64,000 nt of DNA, taken from positions 81,222,001 to 81,286,000 of the forward strand of contig NC_087437.1 in the NCBI RefSeq assembly GCF_036321535.1. The letters are read 5' to 3'. The DNA is from Camelus dromedarius. Taxonomy: Eukaryota. Shown here piece by piece: positions 26,377-37,583 of this stretch. Under the pieces are notes generated by a model that was given only the letters and a program-made list of their open reading frames with translations, was not told the DNA's origin and made no database searches. The position numbers and the translations under genes were made by a program. The first letter of the stretch is position 1. Each line of letters starts with the position of its first letter.

Positions 26377-27038
26377 TGGTTTAAGGAAACAGTCAGGGTT
26401 GGCCAGAAGAGTTAGGAAGGACTTGAGCATTGAAATCACCATAGATTTGGTTGACTAGGAGATGGGGACTGAAGAAGGTCAGAAAGACAGTACATGAGAG
26501 GAGACCAGTGAGGGGAGACAGAGGTTTCTCTGACTGATAAAAGGCTCTGAGGCTTCTACATGCTCATCGAAACATTTTTACTGAAGCTCCTGCAGCTCAG
26601 GGTTCATAGGACTAGTTTAAAAGGAATTTTTCCTGTTGGACTTAGAACTTTGAGTTTTACATAAGAATCGTCAGTATCCACACCTGGTCGGCTTTTCCTT
26701 GGGGAGGAACAGGGGGATACGGCTGCGCCACAGACCGCATGGCTGCCCCTTATCTTGTTCAGTTGAGAACCCTAGTTGGGCCAAGTTCATGATCTCTTTC
26801 CAAAGATGAGTTTTTGGCAAGATGGGTAGGTCTACTTTGGTCCACTACTTAGACAAGCATCATCACAGAATGAAGAACTCCCGGGACACTTCCCAGGCAC
26901 AGTTGTCTGAGTATAAAGACAACCCCTCCTAAGGAATAAATGGTACCTGAGTGCGGATAAACCACGTCCCTCTGAGACTGTATAAATGTGTAACACTTTA
27001 TATTTTAATTATTATTATTATCAGTCAGTTTGCTACAG

Positions 27039-27086
27039 TCTTTAAACCAGTTACTCCTATAAAAGAGGCTCCAGCGACAGCATTTG
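27039..27086 (+). CDS. ABI3BP: Candidate rescued exon, 48 bp, (V)FKPVTPIKEAPATAF; ancestral form 27029-27086 is 58 bp and frameshifting
   Basis: 2-bp loss after the ancestral acceptor; internal ctacag restores phase 1; G|gtaatg donor intact. Confidence 0.5.
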
Positions 27087-27879
27087 GTAATGCCGCTTTC
27101 TGACCTTCCGCAAGTGCTTTTTCTGCTCTTTACCAAACTTCTGTTCTTGCCTCTCCATTGCAGTTCAGTTAAATTATCTTATGAGTTAAACATGCATAAA
27201 GCAAGTTACCTCTTGTTCTAAAGGGAGCCAGGCCCAGATATAGTTGGGGATACTTACGCCCTATTAAGTTATTTAAATTTTTTTTCATGCCACTTAATGT
27301 TCTTAGCTCAACCAGAATTCTCTTGTCAGGTAAATTTTATGTGTTTAGGAGAACCCTGATCCTGATCTGTGCCATCCAGCCTGTGACAGGGTACTTTTTA
27401 CCCATCCATTGTACACCTGTCTTTTTTCTCTATCTGTTTTTTGTTGTTGTTGTTGTTAAGTTAAACATTTGGGTAATATGTTTTCAGTGAATTGTCTAAA
27501 AGACAATGTGATCAAGGCTAAGAAGTTTAAATAGTAAGCACCATCCTTAAGTTGAATCTGACTCCCCCTTACTGTCCACCTTAGTTTAGAAATGATTAAC
27601 TTTTTAATGCAGTCAGAGACCTCTAGAGCATGATAAAAATGCCAATCTTGACTATCTGAATTAATAACTTCATTTTATATGTCAGCTTTGTCCCCACAAT
27701 GCCTCAAAACCAAAGGAAGGTGTAATAGCACGGTAGGGGCAAACTTTTCAGTTGAGAAAGATACATTTTATGAAACAGAGGAAAATCTATCAAGCTTTGG
27801 AAAACTTAAAGTTTTTTTTAAAAACCTGTAGTTTGCGGAAGTGTAAGCTTTAAAGTAACTAGACTTTATCTTTTTCTAC

Positions 27880-27962
27880 TTGCAAAAGCATCCCAGTGGA
27901 CATATCATTCACAACACATACTTAAAACCACTCCATGTGCCGGTGTGGCTGAGATGCAACAG
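27880..27962 (+). pseudogene. Fossil basic-type exon, module 2 copy
   Basis: Paralogous to 24388-24471; tac acceptor, no donor. Confidence 0.55.
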
Positions 27963-28297
27963 ACCAAAGCAGGCTCCTGGGTTGAGAAGCCTGGTAGCCT
28001 GTCACTGGTTGAATATGTAACACCATACACCCCCAGGGAGCGAATGGTGAAGTGATTTTTGGCTTCACAGTGATCTTGAACTTTTTTTAATGTAATTTTT
28101 AATCTCTAGACAATTCCCAGTTATAAAAGAAAACCTATCAGAATACTAAAGAGGAAAAGTACAAACCCAAGAACCAAAGTTGTCTCCGATCAAGGAAACT
28201 CCGGCCAGTCTTAGAAAGCTTAGAGCCCAGTTACACCACTCGCTCAGAGTTAACGGAGCCGTCAGCACCATGTTAACCCTAAATTTTCTTCCTTCAG

Positions 28298-28387
28298 CGC
28301 CAACAACAACAACAACAAAGAGACCCCGTCGTCCACGTCCCAAAGCTAAAACCACACCCCGTCCAGAAGTACCTCACACCAAACTGG
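28298..28387 (+). CDS. ABI3BP: ABI3BP exon, 90 bp, module 3 basic, (A)PTTTTTKRPRRPRPKAKTTPRPEVPHTKL
   Basis: ccttcag acceptor, G|gtaaat donor. Confidence 0.9.
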
Positions 28388-29345
28388 GTAAATATGTGGT
28401 TTCTGGGTTAAGGAATCCAAGCCTCTACCTTAGTTGGGACCCTAAATTCTAAGCACATAATTGGTACAGGTCTTTATGTTATATATCCCTTAATAGTAAA
28501 AGCCACTCTCATTAGTAAACCCTTCTGTATCCTCATAACCATATTAGCAGCTGTGAGATACATAGAAGTAGGCATTATGTTTTCTTTCCCTACCATTTCC
28601 TACTATAGTTGTAAACAAAAGCCTTTCTGGTATAAACGGGTAGAAAATAACATATGGCAGCACATTGATACAAATGTAAGATGATTTCTCAAGTAGTCCA
28701 AATGCTTATGCTAGAAGTGCAGTATTTGGAGCAGGAAAAGATCACAGATAATTAGGAAAAAATCAGTACAAAATCTGAATGAGTGGAGGGATGAGGGAAC
28801 AGGGAATGTGCTGAAGGAAGCTGGTGTCCCAGACAGAGGGTGACTTGTTGATACACATCTATTGAATGGGCCTGTAGGGTGAATTAAAGGGGGCTGGGAT
28901 GTCCACTTAAGAGCTCAAGTGTGATCCAGTGGGCGTCAGTGATCCTTACTTCTACCCAGTCCCCTGCTTTTTCTCTGCTTAGAACTGAAGATGCCTAGAA
29001 TATGAAGAATGCCTAGAATATGATACCACAATATGAGATGATGTTTCTTACCTTAATATATTAAATGCCACTGTTTTCACTAAGGACTTAGTCTCTTAGT
29101 AGCGTCTAGGCTTCTTTTCAGCTCTGTTCTATGTGTGGAGGACAGAACCCAGGATAACCCCCTCGTCCCCATCACCACCCCCTTCCCCAGAGTTCCTGCC
29201 TCTTGGTGTTACAGCTTTTGTGTGTCATCCATCCTCCCCCTCCCCCTTCTCCCTTAGAAGCATTATTGTTACCGGTAGGATGACTTTGCTGACATTCCAT
29301 GCATTCACAAAAATCTCTTTGATTTCTTTGATTACTTTTGATCAG

Positions 29346-29405
29346 TTCCTGCCACAATCCCTGAACCAGGTATTCTTAGGACCGAGGCTCCTGGGACGAC
29401 AGTAG
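29346..29405 (+). CDS. ABI3BP: ABI3BP exon, 60 bp, module 3, (V)PATIPEPGILRTEAPGTTV
   Basis: tttgatcag acceptor, TAG|gtaatg donor. Confidence 0.88.
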   Translation, partial: FLPQSLNQVFLGPRLLGRQ

Positions 29406-29660
29406 GTAATGACACAATATGTCTGTCAGCATCTGCTTCTGCTCATTTCAGACCCATTTCATCACCGTCATAACCTCATCTTCTGCTTCTTGAGAATCTT
29501 GTGTTCTTGTCAATTGTCACTTATTTACCTCTTAATGTATTGAAAAGTGTTAGAAAAAAAACTCATTGGTTTTTAAGAGAGTCAAGTAGGAACTTAGTTA
29601 AGAATATGTATCTGCAGGGTGATATATTTGTGGTGTATAACTCATGGTACAGCCCTAGGG

Positions 29661-29846
29661 CAGGAGTTGGCAAGTATTGTCTGTAAAGGGCAAGATAGTC
29701 AATATTGGGGATTTGAGGCCCAAATAGTCTCTGATGCATTTTTTCTCTTTTTTTTTTTTTTTAAACAACAAATTAAAGATAGAAATGGGCTGTATGAAAA
29801 CAAGCCATGGGCAAGTTTTGGCCTCAGGGCCAGAGTCTGTCAATGT
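29661..29846. mobile_element. MER58-like element, module 3 copy
   Basis: Paralogous to 22732-22925. Confidence 0.7.
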
Positions 29847-30496
29847 TTGGTTTAAAGAAACAGTCAGGGTTGGCCAGAAGAGTTAGGAACGACTTGAGCC
29901 ATGAAGTCACTCTATATTTGGTAACCAGAGAATGAAGGATGAAATATATCAGAAAGACAGGACATGAGAGGAGACCAGTGAGGGGAGACAGAGGCTTCTC
30001 TGACTGATAAAGGCTCTCAGGTTTCTAAGTACTAATCAGAATATTTTATTGACACTCCTGCATCTCAGTGGGTTCATAGAACCAGTTGAAAAGTGAATTT
30101 TACTACTGGACTTAGAACTTTGGGTTTCACGTGAGCATCATCAGTATCCATACCCCATACGCTTTCCCTGGGGTAAGGCAGAGGGATACGGCTGCACCAC
30201 AGAATGAATGGCTGCCCCTTATCGTCTTCTCTTAAGGACCCCAGATGGGCCAAGTTCATGATCTCTTTCCAAAGATGAGTTTTTGGCAAGATGGGTATGT
30301 CTACTTTGGCCCATTACTTAGACGGGGATCATCACAGAATGTGAACTTCTGGGGCACTTCTCAGGGACAGTTATCTGAGTACAAAGACAACCCTTCCTAA
30401 GGGATAAATTGGTACCCGAGAGCAGATACACCATGTCCCTCTGAGATTGTATAAATGTTTAACATTTCATTTTTTACTGTTGTTATTTTTGGTCAG

Positions 30497-30556
30497 TTCC
30501 AGCTACAGTCTTTGAACCAGTTACTCCTATAAAAGAGGCCCCAGCGACAGCATTTG
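30497..30556 (+). CDS. ABI3BP: ABI3BP exon, 60 bp, module 3, (V)PATVFEPVTPIKEAPATAF
   Basis: tttttggtcag acceptor, G|gtaatg donor. Confidence 0.9.
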
Positions 30557-31345
30557 GTAATGCCGCTTTCTGACCTTCCGCAAGTGCTTTTTCTGCTCGT
30601 TGCCAAACTTCTGCTCTTTCCACTGCATTGCTGTTCAGTTACGTTCTTTTTCTTGTGAGTTAAACATGCATAAAGTGAGATACCTATTGTTTTAAAAACT
30701 AGAAATCTATGCCTGGATCTATATTTACCCACCCTTTTAACCTATTTAAAAATTTTTCATGTCATTTAATGTTGTTAGCTCCACTAGAGTTTTCTGTTGA
30801 GGTAAATTTTATCTATTTAGGAGAACCCTGATCATGATCTGTGCTAACCAGCCCATGGCAGGGAAGTCTCTTTTCATATCCTTTGTATAGCTGCCTTTTT
30901 TTATCTGCCTCATTTTTTTGTTCTTTTGTTAATATTCAGGTGGTATGTTTTCAGTGAATTGTCTAACAGAGAATGTGATCAAGTCTAATAAGTTTACATA
31001 GTAGCTCCTCCCTTAAGGTGAATCTAACTGCCCTTACCCTCCACCATAGTTTAGATGGTTCTTAACCTTTTTAATGCAGTCAGAGACATCTAGAATGTGA
31101 TAAAAACACCAATTCTGACTTTCTGAATTAACTTCATTTTATATGTCAACTTTGTCCCCAAAATACTTCCAATATGAAAGGAAGATACAGCAGCAGGGTA
31201 GGGGCAAACTTTTCAGACTAGGAACTTACATTTCCTGAAGCAGACTGAAATCTACCAAGCTTTGGAGAACTTAAAGATTTTTTTTTAAAAAACCTAATAT
31301 TTGAAGAAGCATAAGCTTTAAGGAACTAAACTTTATCGTCGCTAC

Positions 31346-31429
31346 TTCCAAAAACTTCCCAATGGACGTATAATTCACAACACAAACCTAAAACCACCAC
31401 AAGTCCAGGTGTAGCTGGGACCACACCAG
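31346..31429 (+). pseudogene. Fossil basic-type exon, module 3 copy
   Basis: Reads identical to 24388-24471 (offset 6958). Confidence 0.65.
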
Positions 31430-31765
31430 ACCAAAGCAGGGTCCTTGGTTTGAGAAGCCTGATAGCCTGTCACTGGCTGAAAATGTACCACCATACACCC
31501 CCAGGGAGCAACTGTAAAGAAATTTGTGGCTTCACAATCATCTTAAACGTAACTTTAATGTAACTCTTAATGTCTAAAGTATTCTTAATTATAAAGGAAC
31601 ACCTTTCAATCTGTTAAAGAGGAACATATCAAACTGAAGTAACAAAGCTGTCTCCACTCAATGAAACTCCGGCCAGTTTTAGAAAGCTTAGAGCCATGTT
31701 ACATCATTCTATTCAAGTTAATGGAGCCATCAGCACCATATTAATCCTAAATTTTCTTCCTTCAG

Positions 31766-31855
31766 CGCCAACAACAACAACAACAAAGAGACCCCGTCGT
31801 CCACGTCCCAAAACTAAAACCACACCCCATCCAGAAGTACCTCAGACCAAACTGG
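31766..31855 (+). CDS. ABI3BP: ABI3BP exon, 90 bp, module 4 basic, (A)PTTTTTKRPRRPRPKTKTTPHPEVPQTKL
   Basis: Identical to 24808-24897; canonical borders. Confidence 0.88.
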
Positions 31856-32825
31856 GTAAATATGTGGTTTCTGGGTTAAGGAATCCAAGCCTCTACCTCA
31901 GTTGGGACCCTAAATTCTAAGCACATAATTGATACCGGTCTTTATACTATACATTCTTAATGGTAAAACGTACTCTTACTATTAAACCCTTCTATATCCA
32001 CATAACCATATAGGCAGCTGGGAGACACATCAAAAGTAGGCATTATGTTTTCTTTCCCTATCATTTTGTGCTATAGTTGTAAACAAAAGCTGTATCTTTT
32101 GTAAACAGGTAGAAAATAGCATAAGGCAGCATGTTGATACAAATGTAAGATAATGTCTCAAATAGTCCAAATCTTATGCTAGAAGTAGAATAAGTACTTG
32201 GAGAGGGAAAAGATCCAGGATAATTAGGAGAAATTAGTACAGAATTTGGATGAGTGGAAGGATGAGGCAACAAGACTCAATAAACAGGGAATGTGCTGAA
32301 GGAAGCCGGCGTCCCAGACAGAGGATGACTTGTTGATGTGCGCCTGTTGGTAAGGCCTGTAGGGTGAATTAAAGGGGGCTGGGATGTCTACTCAAGAGCT
32401 CAAGTGAGATCCAGTGGGCTTCAGTGATCCTTACTTCTAGCCAGGCCCATGCTTTTGCTCTGCTTAGCACTGGAGATGCCGAGTCCACTGTGATACCACA
32501 ATCTGAGAGGTTGTTTCTCACCTTAATGTATTAAATGCCACTGTTTTCACTAAGGACTTAGTCACCTAGTGAGTAGAGTATGGGCTTCTTTTCAGCTCTG
32601 TTCTATGTGTGGAGGACAGACCCCAGAATAACCTCCTCGTCCCCATCACCACCCCTTCCCCCCCCTCCAGAGTTCCTGCCTCTTGGTGTTACAGCTTTTG
32701 TGTGTCATCCATCCTCCCCCTCCCCCTTCTCCCTTAGAAGCATTATTGTTACCGGTAGGATGACTTTGCTGACATTCCATGCATTCACAAAAATCTCTTT
32801 GATTTCTTTGATTACTTTTGATCAG

Positions 32826-32885
32826 TTCCTGCCACAATCCCTGAACCAGGTATTCTTAGGACCGAGGCTCCTGGGACGACAGTAG
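32826..32885 (+). CDS. ABI3BP: ABI3BP exon, 60 bp, module 4, (V)PATIPEPGILRTEAPGTTV
   Basis: tttgatcag acceptor, TAG|gtaaat donor; identical to 29346-29405. Confidence 0.88.
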   Translation, partial: FLPQSLNQVFLGPRLLGRQ

Positions 32886-33147
32886 GTAAATGACACATTA
32901 TGTCCGTCAGCATCTGCTTCTGCTCATTTCAGACCCATTTCATCATTTCATCACCATCATAAGCTCATCTTCTCCTGCTTCACAAGACTCTTGTGTTCTT
33001 GTCTATTGTCATTCTGTTACTGTTTAATATATTGAAGAGTAATAACAACTCATCGATTTTTAAGAGAGTCAAGTTGGAACTTAGTTAAAAATACTTATCT
33101 GCAGGGTGATGCATTTGTGGTGTATAACTCATGGTACAGCCCTAGGG

Positions 33148-33340
33148 CAGGAGTTGGCAAGTATTGTCTGTAAAGGGCAAGATAGTCAATACTGGGGATT
33201 TGTGACCCAAATAGTCTCTGACACATATTTTTCTCTTTTTTTTCTTTTCTTTTTTTTTTTTTTAACAATCACTTAAACATGGAAGGGAAGTGTGCTGTAT
33301 GAAAACAAGGCAAGATTTGGCCTCAGGGCCATAGTTTGAT
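33148..33340. mobile_element. MER58-like element, module 4 copy
   Basis: Paralogous to 22732-22925. Confidence 0.7.
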
Positions 33341-33994
33341 TCGTGGTTTAAAGAAACAGTCCGGGTTGGCCAGAATAGTTTGGAAGGACTTGAGCATTGA
33401 AATCACTAAATTTGGTAACTAGAGGATGAAGGATGAGTAGTGTCAGAAAGACAGGACATTAGAGGAGACGGACCAGTGAAGGGAGACAGAATCTTCCCTG
33501 ACCGATAAAAGCTACCAGGTTTATAAGTGCTGATCAGAATACTTTATTGAAGCCCCTACAGCTCAGAAGGTTCATAGGACCAGTTGAAAGTAATTTTTAA
33601 TATTGATCTTAGAACTTTGGGTTTCACATGAGCATCATCAGTGTCCATACTGGGTACACTTTCCCTTGGGGAGGGACAGAGGCATACGGCTGCATCACAG
33701 AATGAATGGCTGCCCCTTGCCTTGTTCTCTTAAGGACCCCAGATGGGCCAAGTTCATGGTCTCTTTCCAAAGAGGAGTTTTTGGCAAGATGGGTAGGTCT
33801 ACTTTGGTCCATTACTTAGATGAGCATCATCACAGAATGAAGAACTTCTAGGGCACTTCTCAGGGACAGTTATCTGAGTACATAGACAGCCCCTCCTAAG
33901 GGATAAATTGGTACCTGTGTGCAGATACACCATGTACCTCTGAGATTGTGTAAATGTTTAACATTCATTGTTTTTTTTTTTTTTTTTTGGTCAG

Positions 33995-34054
33995 TTCCGG
34001 CTACAGTCTTTGAACCAGTTACCCCTATAAAAGAGGCTCCAGCGACAGCATTTG
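33995..34054 (+). CDS. ABI3BP: ABI3BP exon, 60 bp, module 4, (V)PATVFEPVTPIKEAPATAF
   Basis: Poly-T + ggtcag acceptor, G|gtaatg donor. Confidence 0.9.
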
Positions 34055-34845
34055 GTAATGCTGCTTTCTGACCTTCAGCAAGTACTTTTTCTGCTCGTTG
34101 CCTAACCCTCTGCTCTTTCCACTCCACCGCTGTTCAGTTACATTATTGCAAGTTAAACATGCATAAACAGGTTACCTCTTATTCTAAAGGGAGCCAGCCC
34201 TGGAGCTAGTTTGGGATATTTACCCGCCTTGTGAATTTATTTAAATTTTTTTTCATGTTATTTAGTGCTCTGAGCTCAACCAGTGTTCTCTGTTAAGATA
34301 AATTTTATCTGTTTAGGAGAACCCTGATCCTGATCTGTGCTAACCAGTTTGTGACAGGGAAGTCTCTTCATATTCTTTGTACACCTGCCTTTTGTTTTTA
34401 ATCTGCCTACTTTTTTGTTGTTTTGTCAACATTTGATAATACATTTATAGTGAATTTTCTAACAGATAATGTGATGAAGGCTAATAAGTTTTCATGGTAA
34501 GCCCCATTCTTAAGATGAATCTGATTCCCCTTTACCCTCCTCTATAGTTTAGAAATGATTCTTACCCTTTTAAATGCAGTCAGGGAACTCTAGGATGTGA
34601 TAAAAATCATTCTTGGCTATCTGAATTAATAACTTCATTTTATATGTCAACTTTGTCCCCTAAATACCTTCAATAACAGAGGAAGATACAATAGCATGGT
34701 AGAGGCAAACTTGCAAACTATAAAGATACATTTCCTCAAACTAAGGAAAATTGATCAAGTTTTGGAGAACTTAAAGAAGATTTTTTTTGAAAAACCTATA
34801 ATTTGCAGAAGCTTAAGCTTTAAAGTATCTAAGTTTATGTTCTAC

Positions 34846-34929
34846 TTGCAAAAACATGCCAATGAACGTATCATTCACAACACAAAGTTAAAACCATACC
34901 AAGCCCACATCTAGCTGAGACCACACCAG
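34846..34929 (+). pseudogene. Fossil basic-type exon, module 4 copy
   Basis: Paralogous to 24388-24471; tac acceptor, more decayed. Confidence 0.5.
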
Positions 34930-36135
34930 ACCAAAGGAGGGTTTTTGGTTTAAGGAGCCTGGTAGCCTGTCACTGGTTGAAAATGTACCACCACGTACCG
35001 CTAGTGAGGGAATCGTGAAATGATTTTTGGCTTCACAGGGAGTTCATGTTTGGAAGAGACATAATCTTCTCTCTGATTCTAGGTAGTGGGGGATGTGTTA
35101 CACTTTTCAGTGTGCAGGATAGTTGAGCACAATTATTTTACTGCATGAAAAGCCTAGAGAATGAAAATACGGCAGGGTGTGTTTTCAAAAATCAAGGTTT
35201 TTCTTAGGTACCTAAACATTAAATGTTAGACTTGTTAAATCCTTTTTTTCAAATGGACAGTATTTAATATTTTACTTCTAACTCATGTGTAATCCAAAAT
35301 GGGTGCCTGTAGTTCTTCCCTAATTGGTGATTGAGGGACCCCAAATTCTTCCATCTCATACCTCTATAGCAGGTCTTAAAGAAGTAAAGTCAATATGGAT
35401 TTCAATACATCAGGGAAGGAGTTTGGGCCTTGAAATCATATCAGAATTTGCACAAGTGGAGAGGTGAGCATGAGCAAAGATGAAATAATAGGATGTATGT
35501 ACATGCAGCCGGAGGTGGGCAGAGTTCCTGCTTCTTCTAAGTGCCAGGCAAAACATTTTTGTTGGGATGATGCATTTGAATGACAATGTGGGAAGTTGAA
35601 TGAGATTGATGTTGTTCTTAATGAGCATCAGAAACCTCTTCTTCCCACACTTGGATAATGTTTGCTGCACTGAGAGTGGACACATGCTTCACTGGATGCC
35701 ACAGGATGAGCGGCTGCCCCTTACTTAGTCTTCTTGTTTGGACAGAAGTCACAAGATCTTTCCAAAGCTGAATTTTCTCAGCAAGATTATCATAGCTATT
35801 TTTGGCTATTAGTGTAATGTCTGCTTGGTTCTTTGGGAACTTCTTCTGCAACCATTATTTGATATACATAGAAGATTTTTTAAATTCAGCATCCACAGAA
35901 GTATAGGTTAGTTTTTCATATGCTTCTTGAGGTTTGTTAGAAATGTATTTAAGCAAATACCTAAAATTATCCTAAAGTCTACCACAGTAGATTCAGATCA
36001 TCAAGCACTAACTACAGGAACTGTTTTCCTCTTGTGCTGCTAAACAGAGACCAAAGGTAATTACTATCTCGTAAGATGAAGAAACCCCTTACTGAAGTTT
36101 GGGCAAGTGTGAGCAAAACAATTGATTTCTTTTTC

Positions 36136-36506
36136 TGTTAGTTTGCAAGAGCTGCCGTACCAAAATGTCATAGACTAGGGAGCTGAAACAGAAGAAATCT
36201 ATTTCTCACAGCTCTGGAGGCTGGAAGATCAGGGTATTAGCAGGTTTAATTTCTCCTGAGGCCTCTCTCCTTGGCTTATAGGTGGCTACCATCTTACTGT
36301 GTCCTCCCCTGGCATTTTCTCTGCATATGCACATCCTGGGTGTCGCTCCCTCTTCTAAGGACATTAGTCCTGTTGGCTTAGGGCCCCACCTTTATGACCT
36401 CATTTAACCTTAACTGCATCTTCAGAGGCCCTATTTCCAAATATAGTCACCTTGGGAGTTAGGGCTTCAACATAGATTTTGGGAAGACACAACTCAGTCC
36501 CTAACA
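36136..36506 (-). mobile_element. MLT1-family (ERVL-MaLR) solo LTR
   Basis: tg...aca termini; atttctcacagctctggaggctggaag, atgacctcatttaaccttaa and ttagggcttcaacata motifs; ~370 bp. Confidence 0.85.
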
Positions 36507-36639
36507 CCTTTCATTCAAAAAAATTTTAAAGGTTATTCTAGAGGCAATGTTACAGTGGCAGGATTCATTTTGAAGTGAACAATATGGCTCTTCATACACT
36601 AAAGATTGAACTCTTTTGTTTATTACATTCCTGTTACAG

Positions 36640-36687
36640 ACCTTGAACCTGTTACTTTTACAACGGAGACCTCTGGGACAGCACTAG
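36640..36687 (+). CDS. ABI3BP: ABI3BP exon, 48 bp via internal acceptor, (D)LEPVTFTTETSGTAL
   Basis: ttcctgttacag acceptor; these 12 nt are the old exon start TT CCT GTT ACA G with no AG before them; TAG|gtaatg donor. Confidence 0.75.
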   Translation, partial: TLNLLLLQRRPLGQH

Positions 36688-37499
36688 GTAATGACCCTGT
36701 GCCCCTCCCTGGTACTTCTGCTCGTAGGTCCACTAAGTCTCCATCCCCATCATGTAGCTTTTCCTCTTTCACGCGATGACCATCCTTCATTGCCATTCAG
36801 TCACTTTCTTCATCTGAAGAGTGCGGAAGCCTCTTAAAAACAAGTTTCCTGTTTTTACGAGAGCAGGCATGAGCTGAGTTCAAAACATTTACCTGCCACG
36901 TAGCGCATTTGACATTGTCACATTGTCTTGTGCTTCGTTGAACAGTGTTTTGTGTTAAAGCTGAGTTTACAGCAAATTGGGATCTATTTCTGACCTAAGC
37001 TGACCAGCAATAATAGCTTTTCTTAAGCTCCTTTGCACATCTAAGTTTCTAGACTTTTAAAAAACTGTTTGCATGGTATGTTTGTTTCTTCGTTGGTGTT
37101 TTACGTACTGATGTGTTTTACTACTACTTTGATAGATAGGAAATTATCCAATTCTGAAATTTTAAATTGTAAGCCTTTTCCTTAGTGTGACCCTCTCTTC
37201 CCCTCCCCTTGCACCAGAACTGAGTCTTCCTTCTTAATCATTTTTCCCAATGAGGAAGTTCTATGTGTATCTCATTACAAGTGCTAATTTTCATGCCTTG
37301 AATGAGTAACTTGACTATATTCATGAGTTTGCCTCCAAAGTACCCTCTGATAAAACCAAGATGCTTTGGCGTAAAAGGAGTGAAACTTTTAAACTACAAT
37401 TTCATGGAACTTTGAAAAATCTAATAGGGTTTGGAAAAACCTCTCCTTTAGCATCCAGAGACATAAGACATAGAATAACAAAGGCTATTCTTTCTTTAG

Positions 37500-37583
37500 C
37501 TACCAAAGCATCGCAAAGACCTCTTTGTCCACATCCCAGACCTAAAGCCACTTGGAGCACTCAAGTACCTCAGACCACACTGG
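37500..37583 (+). CDS. ABI3BP: ABI3BP exon, 84 bp, diverged basic type, (A)TKASQRPLCPHPRPKATWSTQVPQTTL
   Basis: ttctttctttag acceptor, G|gtaaat donor, open frame. Confidence 0.78.

Larger units (their letters stand above)
20140..35037 (+). repeat. Four-copy intragenic tandem duplication of a three-exon module (first copy ~4.4 kb, others ~3.5 kb)
   Basis: Homologous exons start at 20379/24808/28298/31766, 21430/25868/29346/32826 and 23534/27029/30497/33995; introns and an embedded MER58-like element are also repeated; outer boundaries approximate. Confidence 0.95.

Noticed and set aside
28990..29025. Short direct duplication atgcctagaatatga x2
   Set aside because: Ordinary slippage or repair scar private to module 3 intron
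21190..32885. Four-copy ~100 aa ORF family (MGFFSALFYVW...LLGRQ)
   Set aside because: Repetition results from the module duplication; it reads the true exon in the wrong frame, and copy 3 lacks the ATG
20140..35037. CRISPR-like or prokaryotic repeat system
   Set aside because: Mammalian intron/exon DNA with L1, MIR and MER elements; repeats are kb-scale with no repeat-spacer structure
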